A stretch of 63,688 nucleotides of DNA, the filler included, from Pseudomonadota bacterium (GTDB lineage Bacteria > Bdellovibrionota_F > JAHFAK01 > JBDREC01), in NCBI GenBank assembly GCA_043820105.1. It is 6 parts of 6 records of this genome, joined end to end, with 100 filler letters (N's around TTAATTAATTAA, not from the genome) between each part and the next. Parts side by side here need not be neighbours in the genome. Positions count along the whole stretch, not along the records: positions 1 to 23,393 come from JBDREC010000084.1; positions 23,494 to 43,015 come from JBDREC010000087.1; 4 more parts are not named here. One strand, given 5' to 3'. A program made the position numbers and the translations under genes. Position 1 is the stretch's first letter. The number at the start of each line of letters is the position of its first letter. The notes under the pieces are model-generated. The model was not told the origin of the DNA, made no database searches, and saw nothing but the letters and a program-made list of their open reading frames with translations. Shown in pieces: positions 19,970 to 29,850 of this stretch.

Positions 19970-20470
19970 TTAAATCAAACTGTTTTCATTTTCAAGACTT
20001 ATCAAAAATTTCTTATTTTTTAAACCTGTTGCATAGCCACCTAGCTTTCCATTTGAACCTATAACCCTATGGCAGGGAATTATTATGGCTATTTTGTTTT
20101 TATTACAGGCAGTTCCGACTGCCCTGCATGCCTTGGAATGATTTATTTTTAAGGCAATATCTTTATAAGACAATTGCTTGCCATAAGGTATTTTCAGCAT
20201 TGCCTTCCATACCTTTTTTTGAAATTCTGTGCCCTGGATTGTCAGTAAAAAATCAAATTTTTTTAATTTGCCCTTGAAATAAAGATCCAGCTGTTTTTTG
20301 ACTTCATTGAGTATCAAAAAATCTTTTTGTACTTCTTTTTGATCTCTATTTTCGCATTTTGCATTTTGCCTTTCGAATTTCGACCTAGCAAACTCAAGAG
20401 CAATAAGCCTTGATTTTTCCACAGAAATAATCAGCAAACCCATTGGCGATTTATAACAACATTGAATCAT
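19970..20470 (-). CDS. ogt: Methylated-DNA-protein cysteine methyltransferase
   Basis: GTEFQKKVW, RAVGTA and IPCHRV motifs; start reassigned to MIQCCYKSPMG behind GGAGG. Confidence 0.92.
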   Translation of the reverse strand: MIQCCYKSPMGLLIISVEKSRLIALEFARSKFERQNAKCENRDQKEVQKDFLILNEVKKQLDLYFKGKLKKFDFLLTIQGTEFQKKVWKAMLKIPYGKQLSYKDIALKINHSKACRAVGTACNKNKIAIIIPCHRVIGSNGKLGGYATGLKNKKFLISLENENSLI

Positions 20471-20760
20471 AGGTTTTTTAACCTCCGTCTTGCTATTTCT
20501 TTGGGAACAAGAGCCCATGGGAACAAGGAGGATATCATCCTGCCATTGATAATTATTAATGATAAGATAACCATTTGACAAGACAAAAAAATAGGAAAAA
20601 TATAATTCCTTTTTTTTAAGCATTATGATAATATATATGGGTATTGGGTAGTTTTGAGGGGAAGTTTTCATGTTAAGCCATTTCACTATCATTTCAAAAA
20701 CATATAGATATTCCACCAAAACTGATTTAATTAATTTTCTAAAATTGGGGAGCTTTTAGT

Positions 20761-23001
20761 ATGAAAACTGCAAATATTAGGGTATTATTAATATTTTTAT
20801 TAATGTTTTTATGCACTTTTCTGATATCAGCCTGCTTTGACAGCTCTAATTCAGGAACTGGCTCAAATCAAAAAAATCCCGGAAGTGATATAGCTGATAG
20901 CAATACTGCTGATGATACAGATGGAAACCAGGAGCAGGCAGATGAAGATGCAGATGCTGCCAATAGCAATGAAACTTCTGATGAAAATGGAACAAACAAT
21001 CAAACACCTGCTGCTTCCACAGAAGAAGATGATGATGATGAGCCACTCATACCTTCCTGGAACAAGCGTCAGCAAATTGAAATTTCCAACAATACCGATT
21101 CTGAGCTGCTTGATTATCAGGTCATGCTAGATGTTGGATATGTTTCCAGTATGCAAGCTGATTTTGATGATCTTCGTTTCACTGCATCTGATGATTCTAC
21201 CCTTATTCCATACTGGATAGAAAGCAAAACTGATTCTTCTTCAGCCCGGATTTGGTTGAAAGTTCCTTTGATACCGGCAAGTGGAAGCACCACGGTTAAC
21301 ATGTATTATGGGCATACTTTGGCTACATCTGTTTCAAACATTGGAGAAACCTTTTTGTTTGGGGATGATTTTTCACAGGAAACGATTAACGAGGAGTGGA
21401 CTGAAATTACTTCTGGTGGCGCGTCAGCCGGAACTTTGGCAAACGGTAAGTGGACCAAGGCCTGTGATGGAGACTGCGACTGGTGGACCGGAGCTGATTT
21501 TAAAGCCGGTATATACGTGGACGATTTAGGTGGAAAATGGGAAGCAGTCACCTTGCTCACCACAGGCAGTCAATTAAATCTCCAGCATTATGGCCTCATG
21601 AACTTTGAAGGACTTCAAGACGGGTACATGTGGGGACCTTATAGTACAAGTGCATTTTACCTGGAAGTTACCGGCACGGGGGGTCTATGTTCACTCGTTT
21701 TCACAGACTTTCCGGTATATCTTAAAATAAGCAACATAACTGGCAATAGCCCAGAGGAAGATAATACCTACAATTATTATATGTCAGAAGATGGCCTGAC
21801 CTGGACTCATTGCGAAGAATACACGGCGATTGATACCATGGGAAGTATTGGTCTATTTGTGAAAGACTGGGGGGAAGACCCTGTTTCAGCAAGCTTTGAT
21901 TTCTTTTATCTTAAGCAATACGCAGCAAGCGAACCCACTGTTTCCTGGGGTGAAGAAGCAAGTTCTGTAACGGAGCTGGGACTAAAGAAAAAAAGGTATG
22001 CTGTTAACAACAATACGGCAACAGCACTTACCAATCATCAGGCAGAATTTATAATAGATTATGATACTGACATGCAGCCGGATTTTGATGACCTGCGCTT
22101 CACAGCAGCTGATGGAACCACCATCCTTGATTACTGGCTTGAATCTAAAGCTGATTCTGCTTCAGCTAACATTTGGGTAAAAATCCCTCAAATACCTGCT
22201 TCAGGTAATACAACTGTTTTTATGTACTATGGCAATTCAAGCTCTGCTTCTGCGTCCAGTTTTGATGACACCATGACAAATGATTATTCGGCTGATGAGA
22301 AGCTATTGTTACAATGGCTAATGGATGCTGGAAGCGGTACAAGTATTGCAGATACCTCTGGCAACAATAATAATGGAACCCTGACTGTTGATGGAGATGG
22401 CGGATGGTACGGCTCTGACAATTACTTTACAACAGGTGATGCACTTAACTTTGATGGCAGCGATGGGGATCAGGTTTCTTCTGATGTACAAATCGATACA
22501 AATTTAAACGGGGATTTCACCTTGGAAACCTGGATAATGATAGATGAAATATCAAGTCATTGGGGACCTGTATTTAATCAATTGAATGGCAACGATTTTA
22601 ACGTAACTGTTCAAACCGGGGGTTGTGAAATTGTGCTTGGATTTAGTGGCATGGGTTCAGAATACGGGATCGGATGTTTGGAAGTAGATACCTGGTCCCA
22701 TCTTGTAGTCACTCATGATAAAACTGAGGCTAATGCTTTTAAAGTATATATTGATAGTGTCTTGGAAAGAACAGCTGATTTTCAAGGACTTTCACCGAAT
22801 TCCACGAGCACATTTGCACTTGGGAATGACCAGTGGGGTCAGGTTTTAAATGGAAGACTAGACGAAGTAAGAGTATATACGCGCTACATGACTGCAAATG
22901 AAGTTTTGGCACATTATGAACACAGAAAATATGCAGAAACTGAACTTTCTGTACAGGAAATTGCTCTTGAAGAAAGTGTAAGTGCTGTTGACTTTGAATA
23001 A
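20761..23001 (+). CDS. Lipoprotein with two DUF2341 domains and LamG/ConA-like domains
   Basis: Lipobox ISA|C, acidic linker, two copies of MQ.DFDDLRFT...YW.ES......IW.K.P.IP.....MYYG, C-terminal W.HLVVT...G.LDEVRVY. Confidence 0.85.
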   Translation: MKTANIRVLLIFLLMFLCTFLISACFDSSNSGTGSNQKNPGSDIADSNTADDTDGNQEQADEDADAANSNETSDENGTNNQTPAASTEEDDDDEPLIPSWNKRQQIEISNNTDSELLDYQVMLDVGYVSSMQADFDDLRFTASDDSTLIPYWIESKTDSSSARIWLKVPLIPASGSTTVNMYYGHTLATSVSNIGETFLFGDDFSQETINEEWTEITSGGASAGTLANGKWTKACDGDCDWWTGADFKAGIYVDDLGGKWEAVTLLTTGSQLNLQHYGLMNFEGLQDGYMWGPYSTSAFYLEVTGTGGLCSLVFTDFPVYLKISNITGNSPEEDNTYNYYMSEDGLTWTHCEEYTAIDTMGSIGLFVKDWGEDPVSASFDFFYLKQYAASEPTVSWGEEASSVTELGLKKKRYAVNNNTATALTNHQAEFIIDYDTDMQPDFDDLRFTAADGTTILDYWLESKADSASANIWVKIPQIPASGNTTVFMYYGNSSSASASSFDDTMTNDYSADEKLLLQWLMDAGSGTSIADTSGNNNNGTLTVDGDGGWYGSDNYFTTGDALNFDGSDGDQVSSDVQIDTNLNGDFTLETWIMIDEISSHWGPVFNQLNGNDFNVTVQTGGCEIVLGFSGMGSEYGIGCLEVDTWSHLVVTHDKTEANAFKVYIDSVLERTADFQGLSPNSTSTFALGNDQWGQVLNGRLDEVRVYTRYMTANEVLAHYEHRKYAETELSVQEIALEESVSAVDFE

Positions 23002-23117
23002 TTCAAAAATGTAAATTCTGATTTAGCCTTCTTTTTTTTAATATCCAAATCTAAATTCTTCCAATAAAAACATCCCAAAAGCCTCCAAGGCTCAATAGTT
23101 TAAAGCATTTCAGCCAA

Positions 23118-23307
23118 GTGACAAAATTTGCCACCTCCCCAAAAGCAATTTCACCTATCATTACAGCATGTTAAAAACTGGGTGACAATTTTTGTCAGGC
23201 CGGCTGACAATTTTTGTCACTTTTTGAGTTTTGCAGGTTTTTTGCATTTTCAGATTTCAATGAAATCAAGGACTTAGGAAATTGCTGGTTTTGGCATGGA
23301 AATTGCT
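23118..23307 (+). promoter_or_regulatory. Sigma54 promoter with enhancer palindromes and IHF site
   Basis: TTGGCATGGAAATTGCT (23291-23307); two TGACAATTTTTGTCA palindromes in 23183-23219 and GTGACAAAATTTGCCAC at 23118; AATCAAGGACTTA IHF consensus at 23264-23276. Confidence 0.8.
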
Positions 23308-23393
23308 TATAAAAAGAGAACAGGAGCGCAAGGGAACAAGAGAACAAGGCGAGTTCAGGATCTCTTGGGCTGAAATTGGTATTCAGTATTCGG

Positions 23394-23493
23394 NNNNNNN
23401 NNNNNNNNNNNNNNNNNNNNNNNNNNNNNNNNNNNNNTTAATTAATTAANNNNNNNNNNNNNNNNNNNNNNNNNNNNNNNNNNNNNNNNNNNN
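23394..23493. other. Contig linker (N44-TTAATTAATTAA-N44)
   Basis: Artificial all-frame stop spacer; identical linkers at 43016-43115, 45848-45947, 48132-48231 and 56802-56901. Confidence 0.99.
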
Positions 23494-23683
23494 GGATATT
23501 AGTTAAGCAAACAGGCTAATTACTTAGATTACATATAACACTCTAGATAACCAGATAAGCTCAAAAGAGGATCTAGGATAGAAGGCATATCCAAAAGGTA
23601 TGCTGGCGGATTTTAGATAGATAAGATTTGGAAAAGATCTAGGAAGAAGAGAGACTACAAAAGTTATTTCAACCTGTCTTTAT

Positions 23684-23724
23684 AAAAAAAGGCCGTCAGG
23701 TGCAAACCTGGTGGCTTTTTTTTT
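23684..23724 (+). terminator. Intrinsic terminator, possibly bidirectional
   Basis: A7-GGCCGTCAGGT GCAA ACCTGGTGGC-T9. Confidence 0.8.
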
Positions 23725-23894
23725 GACCTCAGAATATAATTCAAATTTACTTCAATATACTTTCAAAAAATATTTTATCGTCTTGCCTTTTTATTTTTAA
23801 TTTTATAATTTCTCAAAAAGTATAATAATTGAATAAGATATAAAAAAAGCTTTAAAATAAACTACTTGCTAAAAAACATACGGCAGGATGAAAT

Positions 23895-25040
23895 ATGAAA
23901 AAAAGTATTCAAACACTTATTAGAAATGAATTTCCTCTTAAGAAAAATATAATTTATCTTGCAAATGCTGAAGTTGCACCCCTTCCACTATCAAGTGCTA
24001 ATGCAATAGCTGAATATGCAAAAGACTATAGTAACTTTGGACATAAGGCATATTATAATAAATATGAAAAATTAATAGATGACACTCGAGTTGAGGCTGC
24101 AAAACTGCTTGATTGCAGTGAAGATGAAATTGCTTTTGGAAAAAATACGACCTGGGGCATAATTCTTGCGTCAATGTTACTTCCATTAAAAAAAGATGAT
24201 GAAATAATTATTCCTCATAAAGAATTTCCAGCAAATTACTATCCTTGGCTTCCTTTAAGAAATAAAGGTATTAAAATAAAGTTCATTCGAAGCAGAGATT
24301 TTGGTATAGCACCTGAAGATATTATTGACAATATTACAAAGAAAACAAAATTAATAACACAGAGCTTAGTTGATTATTTTACAGGATACAGACAAGATTT
24401 TAAAAAATTAAGTAAAGTTTGCAAAGAAAAAGATATCCATTTAGTGCTTGATGCGATACAGGGAATTGGCGCAATTCCTTTTTCATGCAAAAAAAATCAT
24501 ATTAGTTTTTTATCAGCAGATGCTCACAAATGGATGATGGGACCTGAAGGTATAAGTCTACTTTATATTAATAAAAAGGTAATTCCAAAATTAAACCAAG
24601 ATTATTATGGTTGGCTAAATCTTGAAGATCCCTTTGATTTTTTGAAGAGAAATAAAGAACTTGTTAAGACTGCTTCAAGAGTAGAAGAGGGATCTCATAA
24701 TATGCTTGGAATTGCTGGTTTAAATAAGTCTTTAAAACTTATCAATGAAGTAGGTATTGATGAAATTTGGGAATCAATTTTTAAACTAACTGAAATTTTA
24801 ATTATTGAACTTAAAAAACTTGGTTACTATGTTGTAACAAGAAAGCAAAAAAATAGTAGAGCTGGTATTATTAGTTTTAAACCAACTAAAAACGCCACTT
24901 TGATTCAAAAGCATTTTGAAACAAAGAAGATTTATATAAATCAAAGAAATGGATATCTTAGAATTAGCCCACATTTTTATAATGACAAAGATGAAATAAA
25001 AAATTTTATAGATGAATTAACTTATATTGAGGACAATTAA
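23895..25040 (+). CDS. Class V PLP aminotransferase / cysteine desulfurase-like enzyme
   Basis: LDAIQGIG, ADAHKWMMGPEG and LRISPHFYN motifs. Confidence 0.88.
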   Translation: MKKSIQTLIRNEFPLKKNIIYLANAEVAPLPLSSANAIAEYAKDYSNFGHKAYYNKYEKLIDDTRVEAAKLLDCSEDEIAFGKNTTWGIILASMLLPLKKDDEIIIPHKEFPANYYPWLPLRNKGIKIKFIRSRDFGIAPEDIIDNITKKTKLITQSLVDYFTGYRQDFKKLSKVCKEKDIHLVLDAIQGIGAIPFSCKKNHISFLSADAHKWMMGPEGISLLYINKKVIPKLNQDYYGWLNLEDPFDFLKRNKELVKTASRVEEGSHNMLGIAGLNKSLKLINEVGIDEIWESIFKLTEILIIELKKLGYYVVTRKQKNSRAGIISFKPTKNATLIQKHFETKKIYINQRNGYLRISPHFYNDKDEIKNFIDELTYIEDN

Positions 25041-25656
25041 GCTGGTGGATATAAAAGTTAAAGTTTGTGGAATTACTTCAGTTGATGATGCAAAAAAAGC
25101 AATTGATTGTGGTGCTTCAGCAATAGGTTTAAATTTCAATCAAGATTCAAAACACCTTATATCTTTATACAAAGCAAAGCAGATTATTAAACTAAGTGAT
25201 AAGATTAAATGGGTTGGAATGTTTGATGAAAGCAACATGGATTTCATACAAAAAATAATTGATGAAACACAATTAGATATAATTCAAATTGAACAAAAGG
25301 CTTATCCTGAATTTTGCAGTCCTTATTTTGGTGTTGTTGTAAAGTCTATAATTGGTGATAAACGTGACAGCATGAAAGTTATGCTTGATTTCCATGTTGG
25401 TTACTTAATGATGGATAACGTATCTGGTTATAGATTTCTTTCTAATTTTTCATCTTTATGGGAATTCTCAAAAGAGGTTTCAAAGTATGGAATGGTAATA
25501 CTTTCAAGTGGAATTAATCATTTAAATGTAAGTGAAGCCATAAATAGGGTTAAACCGTATTGTGTGGATGTTTGTGATTGTCTAGAAGATGAAGTCGGTA
25601 AGATGAATATTACTAAAATGCAAAGATTCTTTAAAAGTATGGAAGATCTAAAATGA
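25027..25656 (+). CDS. Divergent phosphoribosylanthranilate isomerase (TrpF-like)
   Basis: VKVCGIT, AIGLNF and NVSEAI..VKPYCVDV motifs; several phosphate-binding motifs are degenerate. Confidence 0.7.
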   Translation: MRTIKLVDIKVKVCGITSVDDAKKAIDCGASAIGLNFNQDSKHLISLYKAKQIIKLSDKIKWVGMFDESNMDFIQKIIDETQLDIIQIEQKAYPEFCSPYFGVVVKSIIGDKRDSMKVMLDFHVGYLMMDNVSGYRFLSNFSSLWEFSKEVSKYGMVILSSGINHLNVSEAINRVKPYCVDVCDCLEDEVGKMNITKMQRFFKSMEDLK

Positions 25657-25668
25657 TAAAAAAAAACA

Positions 25669-27315
25669 ATGCTATTTATGATTCTCTCGTCACTTCTTTT
25701 TATTAATTTTTTAGGGGCCTTAAATTCAGATTTATTGCCATTAAGTGAAGTGAAAAAGGGGATGAAGGGTTACGGCTTAACAGTTTTCTCAGGGCAAACA
25801 CCGGAAAAATTTGAGGTAGAAGTTATTGATGTTGTTCGCAACATGAGTGAACCGGATGTTGATATGATTATTGTTCAATGTACCGGAAAAAACATTGAAC
25901 GTTCAGGGATAGCTTCAGGCATGAGTGGTTCACCCATATATTTAAATGGGAAGATAGCTGGGGCTTTGGCAATTGCCATTATTTTTTCAAAAGAAAACAT
26001 TGGGATGGTTACACCTATTGAATACATGTTAAGAGACGCAAAGGAAGACTTTCCAAGATACGCCCTGGGAAAATATAAGGGAAAAGAGATGAAGCACATT
26101 TCAATTCCTGTTTCTATCTCTGGATTTTCACCTAATTCAAAAGGGCTTTTAGCCAATGAGCTTAAAAAATATGGTTTTGAAGTTGCTGATTCAATAAGTG
26201 GGAAAGTGGATATCAAAAAAGAAAAATTAGTTCCAGGTTCAGCTGTTGGCCTTGTGATGATTGAGGGAGATTTGTCCTCTACTGCTTATGGAACCGTTAC
26301 TTACGTTGATGGTGACAAGGTTTATGCTTTAGGGCATCCAGCGCATAATCTGGGCTTAATAGAATATCCTATGACTAATGCTCTTATTCATACGATAATT
26401 CCAAGATATGATGTTTCCTTAAAAGTAGCCTCCTCAGGACCTGTTATTGGTACTTTTATTAGTGATAGATACCCGGGAACTTTTGGGCTTATGAATAAAA
26501 AAGCTGATCTTGTCCCGGTTACAATAAAAATAAAATGCAAGGCCAGAAAGATAGATAAAGAATATAATATTCGTATTATTCGTAGTAAGTTCTTAACCCC
26601 TGCAATGTTTATGTCAGCTGTAAGCCATGTTTTTGATAAGTATTCACGAGAATCAAATGAGAATACTGTAAATCTTAAAGCCTGTATAAAACTCAAAGGT
26701 CAAGATCCAATCAATATTGAAGAAACCTTTTACAACCCCTCAAGCACCCTTGATTTATCAATAGTAAAATTTATTAATGATATTTATACAAATCCTTTTG
26801 AAAAAATAAGAATTGAAAAAATAGATGTTTCAGCTGAAGTTTGGCATGAAAAGAGAACGGCAATTATTAATTCTATTTGGACTGATAAGAAGGAATTAAG
26901 TCCATCTGAAGAGTTTAAGCTTTTTGTAAAACTTGATATTTATAATTCTTCCCCACAAATCTTCAGTTTTGATATGCAGGCTCCTGCTAATAAATTGTTA
27001 AATGCATTTTCGATTAAGGTTTTAGGCGGGAATTCATATGTTCCGATGATTTTACCTCCTAAGTCTGTTGCAGATATTATTAAGAATATACCTTTATTTA
27101 AAAGTTCAACAAATCTTATTGTAAATACATCACATGTTCAAAGAGGCTTAGTTCATGGCGGTTATATTCTAGATAATTTACCAGAATCTTATCTGCACCA
27201 GTTTGCTTCAAGCAATAAACAAGAAACAGCACCTTTTATTTCAAGCAAAAAACTTTTCAAAGATACAGATTATATAATTCAAGGTGAAAGAGAATTACAA
27301 TTAATTATTAAATAA
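25669..27315 (+). CDS. SpoIVB-like peptidase S55 domain protein
   Basis: GMKGYGLTVFSG, GIASGMSGSPIY and ALGHP motifs; signal peptide. Confidence 0.85.
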   Translation: MLFMILSSLLFINFLGALNSDLLPLSEVKKGMKGYGLTVFSGQTPEKFEVEVIDVVRNMSEPDVDMIIVQCTGKNIERSGIASGMSGSPIYLNGKIAGALAIAIIFSKENIGMVTPIEYMLRDAKEDFPRYALGKYKGKEMKHISIPVSISGFSPNSKGLLANELKKYGFEVADSISGKVDIKKEKLVPGSAVGLVMIEGDLSSTAYGTVTYVDGDKVYALGHPAHNLGLIEYPMTNALIHTIIPRYDVSLKVASSGPVIGTFISDRYPGTFGLMNKKADLVPVTIKIKCKARKIDKEYNIRIIRSKFLTPAMFMSAVSHVFDKYSRESNENTVNLKACIKLKGQDPINIEETFYNPSSTLDLSIVKFINDIYTNPFEKIRIEKIDVSAEVWHEKRTAIINSIWTDKKELSPSEEFKLFVKLDIYNSSPQIFSFDMQAPANKLLNAFSIKVLGGNSYVPMILPPKSVADIIKNIPLFKSSTNLIVNTSHVQRGLVHGGYILDNLPESYLHQFASSNKQETAPFISSKKLFKDTDYIIQGERELQLIIK

Positions 27316-27329
27316 CTGAGGCTAGAAAA

Positions 27330-29393
27330 ATGCTTAAAAAAATTATACTAATATTACTTATCTCATACCCATTATTTTCGACACAATCATTGAAATGGAG
27401 GAATAGAAATTTTAATGATTTTTATGGTGGAGAATTAAAAAACACTGAAATATCATCATCAGGATTTTTGCAAACTACAAAATCAATTTCTGAGTTTTCT
27501 TTAAAAGAATATGATTCAATAACAGCAATAGCAAAGTATAAAAACAAGTATTATTTAGGGACATCTTCAAAAGCGGCTATTTTTGAGTTTGAAAATGGGC
27601 ACTACAAGAAACTTTCTGATATTGATGGGGTAGGTGTATCATCTCTATTGAATATTGGACAGTATATCTATGCCTCAACTTTTCCAACAGGGAAAATATA
27701 TAAAATAGATACCAAGAACAATAAAGTCAGTCAGCTTTGCCAGTTAGAAGAATCTTATGTCTGGAAACTAGCAAAGTATAAAAAGAATTATATATTAGCA
27801 GCCACAGGTCCAAATGGTAAGCTTTTTAAAATCAATATTGAAAATGGCAATATTGGACCAGTTTTTAATGTTGATGATACACATATTACAGCCTTATATT
27901 ATGATTCAGATAAGGATGAGGTCTATATTGGAACTTCTGAAAAAGGTTTATTAATAAAGCTTGATAAAAATTATAATCCCTTTACTGTCTATGATTTTGC
28001 TGATAGAGAAGTAAAAGTTATAAAAGCATTTAATGGTAATATTTATGTTGGAACTAATGAGTATTTCTTATTCCCAGCACCCAATAATAATGCCTCACAA
28101 GCAGGTGGTCAAGGTCAGGACCAAGTTCAACAGGATATAGGACAAGCGCCACAAACTCAATTTAGATTTGCATTGACTTTAATTAACACTATGGGAAGAG
28201 AGGAAAAAATCTTTTTTTCAGTAAATGAGTATGTTAATGATATTTTAGTTGAAAATGAGGGAACTATTTATCTAGCGACATCTCCAAATGGTAGGATTTA
28301 TAAAATAGATCCTGAAAAAAGAATATTCTACACTTACAGGGATTTGGAAAATACTAATATTGTAAAATTATTTTCCTCTGATCAAGGATCTTTCTTAGAA
28401 GCATTTAGTTCAATGGGACCGGCTGCTTTATTTACTGTTAATGATAATTTTAAAGCTGAAGCATCATATAAGTCAAAAGTGCTTGATACTCGTTGTAAAT
28501 CAATGTGGGGAAAGTTTTATTTTACAGCAAGCCATGGAGTTAAATTTTCATTGAGATCCGGCAATACACAGTTTCCTGACCAGACATGGTCTAAGTGGGT
28601 TGCTAACACTGTTAGTGGTCAGAAATCAGATCTTAAAGAAGCACGTTATTTTCAATGGATGGCTGTATGGAATAAAGAAAATGCTAAGATTTATAATGCT
28701 AAAATATATTATAAAAACGTTAATCAAAGACCAATTATTAAAAAATTAAGAATTGATGGTGTTGGTAATGATTTTGGTGGAGGTGTTTTTGATCCTGGAT
28801 TAAAGGCAATTGATGACAATACCGTTGAAGCTTCTGCTTTATTATATGAATTAAAGGAAAATACTTTCATTAAAGAAATCGTTTGGGAATATGAAGATTT
28901 TAACAAAGATAGAATTTTTTCTAAATTATCGCTTGCTTCAAAAGAATATCCAAATGATTTTGTTGAAATTAAAAGCAATATGTTACTTCAAAAGCATACC
29001 TGGGAGACAAAAGATATTCCAGATGGAGAATATAGAATCAAACTAGAAATTAGTGATGCACCAGATAATATGCAAGCTGAAAGCTTAAGTAATTGGCTCA
29101 TTTCTGATTTTTTTACTATTGATAATTCAAAGCCCACTTTTGAAGCCGTTAAAATAAAAGATGGAAGCATTTGGTTTAAAGCTGTTGATAATTTTAGTAA
29201 TATACTTAGAGCAGAATATAAGATTAAGAAAAATAAATGGGGTTATATAGAACCAATTGATGGCATTTTTGATTCACAAACAGAAGAATTTGAATTAAAA
29301 ATTCCAGATCAACTCAAAGAAAGTGATTTTATCCTCTTAAGAATTATTGATGAAGAGGGTAATTACATAACAAAATCATTAAAGGTAAAATAA
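27330..29393 (+). CDS. Secreted beta-propeller protein (partner of the S55 peptidase)
   Basis: Signal peptide; repeated .Y.GT...G.I.K blades; RSGNT..PD.TWS.W motif; C-terminal Ig-like region. Confidence 0.75.
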   Translation: MLKKIILILLISYPLFSTQSLKWRNRNFNDFYGGELKNTEISSSGFLQTTKSISEFSLKEYDSITAIAKYKNKYYLGTSSKAAIFEFENGHYKKLSDIDGVGVSSLLNIGQYIYASTFPTGKIYKIDTKNNKVSQLCQLEESYVWKLAKYKKNYILAATGPNGKLFKINIENGNIGPVFNVDDTHITALYYDSDKDEVYIGTSEKGLLIKLDKNYNPFTVYDFADREVKVIKAFNGNIYVGTNEYFLFPAPNNNASQAGGQGQDQVQQDIGQAPQTQFRFALTLINTMGREEKIFFSVNEYVNDILVENEGTIYLATSPNGRIYKIDPEKRIFYTYRDLENTNIVKLFSSDQGSFLEAFSSMGPAALFTVNDNFKAEASYKSKVLDTRCKSMWGKFYFTASHGVKFSLRSGNTQFPDQTWSKWVANTVSGQKSDLKEARYFQWMAVWNKENAKIYNAKIYYKNVNQRPIIKKLRIDGVGNDFGGGVFDPGLKAIDDNTVEASALLYELKENTFIKEIVWEYEDFNKDRIFSKLSLASKEYPNDFVEIKSNMLLQKHTWETKDIPDGEYRIKLEISDAPDNMQAESLSNWLISDFFTIDNSKPTFEAVKIKDGSIWFKAVDNFSNILRAEYKIKKNKWGYIEPIDGIFDSQTEEFELKIPDQLKESDFILLRIIDEEGNYITKSLKVK

Positions 29394-29749
29394 TGATATA
29401 TTGTATTTTAGCTTTTGCCATAGTATGCAATGCCACAGCCAATATATTAATTAAACTAGGTATGATGAAGCTAGATGCCATAAAGCTAGCTCCCTTTGAT
29501 TTCTTAAGATATTTATCATATATAAATCTCACAATTGTTGCAGGAATTGCAATGTTTGCTTTAGCTTTAGTATCTTATGCCTATGTTTTATCTAAAATGA
29601 ACCTTTCAATAGCTTACCCAGTAATGACCAGCCTGGGTTTTGTCATTGTAATAGCCTTTTCAGCCACTTTCCTAAAAGAAACAATCACTTTTATACAATT
29701 AATTGGCTTTGCCTCAATCATTCTAGGAGTTTGGCTCGTGGCCAGATAA
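29393..29749 (+). CDS. EamA/SMR-family small membrane transporter
   Basis: 118 aa, 4 TM helices, LSKMNLSIAYP motif. Confidence 0.85.
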   Translation: MIYCILAFAIVCNATANILIKLGMMKLDAIKLAPFDFLRYLSYINLTIVAGIAMFALALVSYAYVLSKMNLSIAYPVMTSLGFVIVIAFSATFLKETITFIQLIGFASIILGVWLVAR

Positions 29750-29850
29750 CACCTCAACAAACTTTACACAGATCTTTCTTCTACCACATTAATTATTAAT
29801 TATTATTTATTAATTATTGATTATTTTCTATTAATCTCCATCCCACCCAA

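Noticed and set aside
20471-20719. N-terminal extension of the ogt ORF in the track
   Set aside because: A better start with a GGAGG RBS lies at 20470; the extension is divergent-promoter DNA. Similar over-extensions were trimmed for the CBS, DUF3106-like, CD-NTase, E2 and effector ORFs.
23394-23493. TTAATTAATTAA palindrome within N runs (five occurrences)
   Set aside because: Artificial contig linker. ORF ends running into X residues are artefacts, and gene order across linkers is uninformative.
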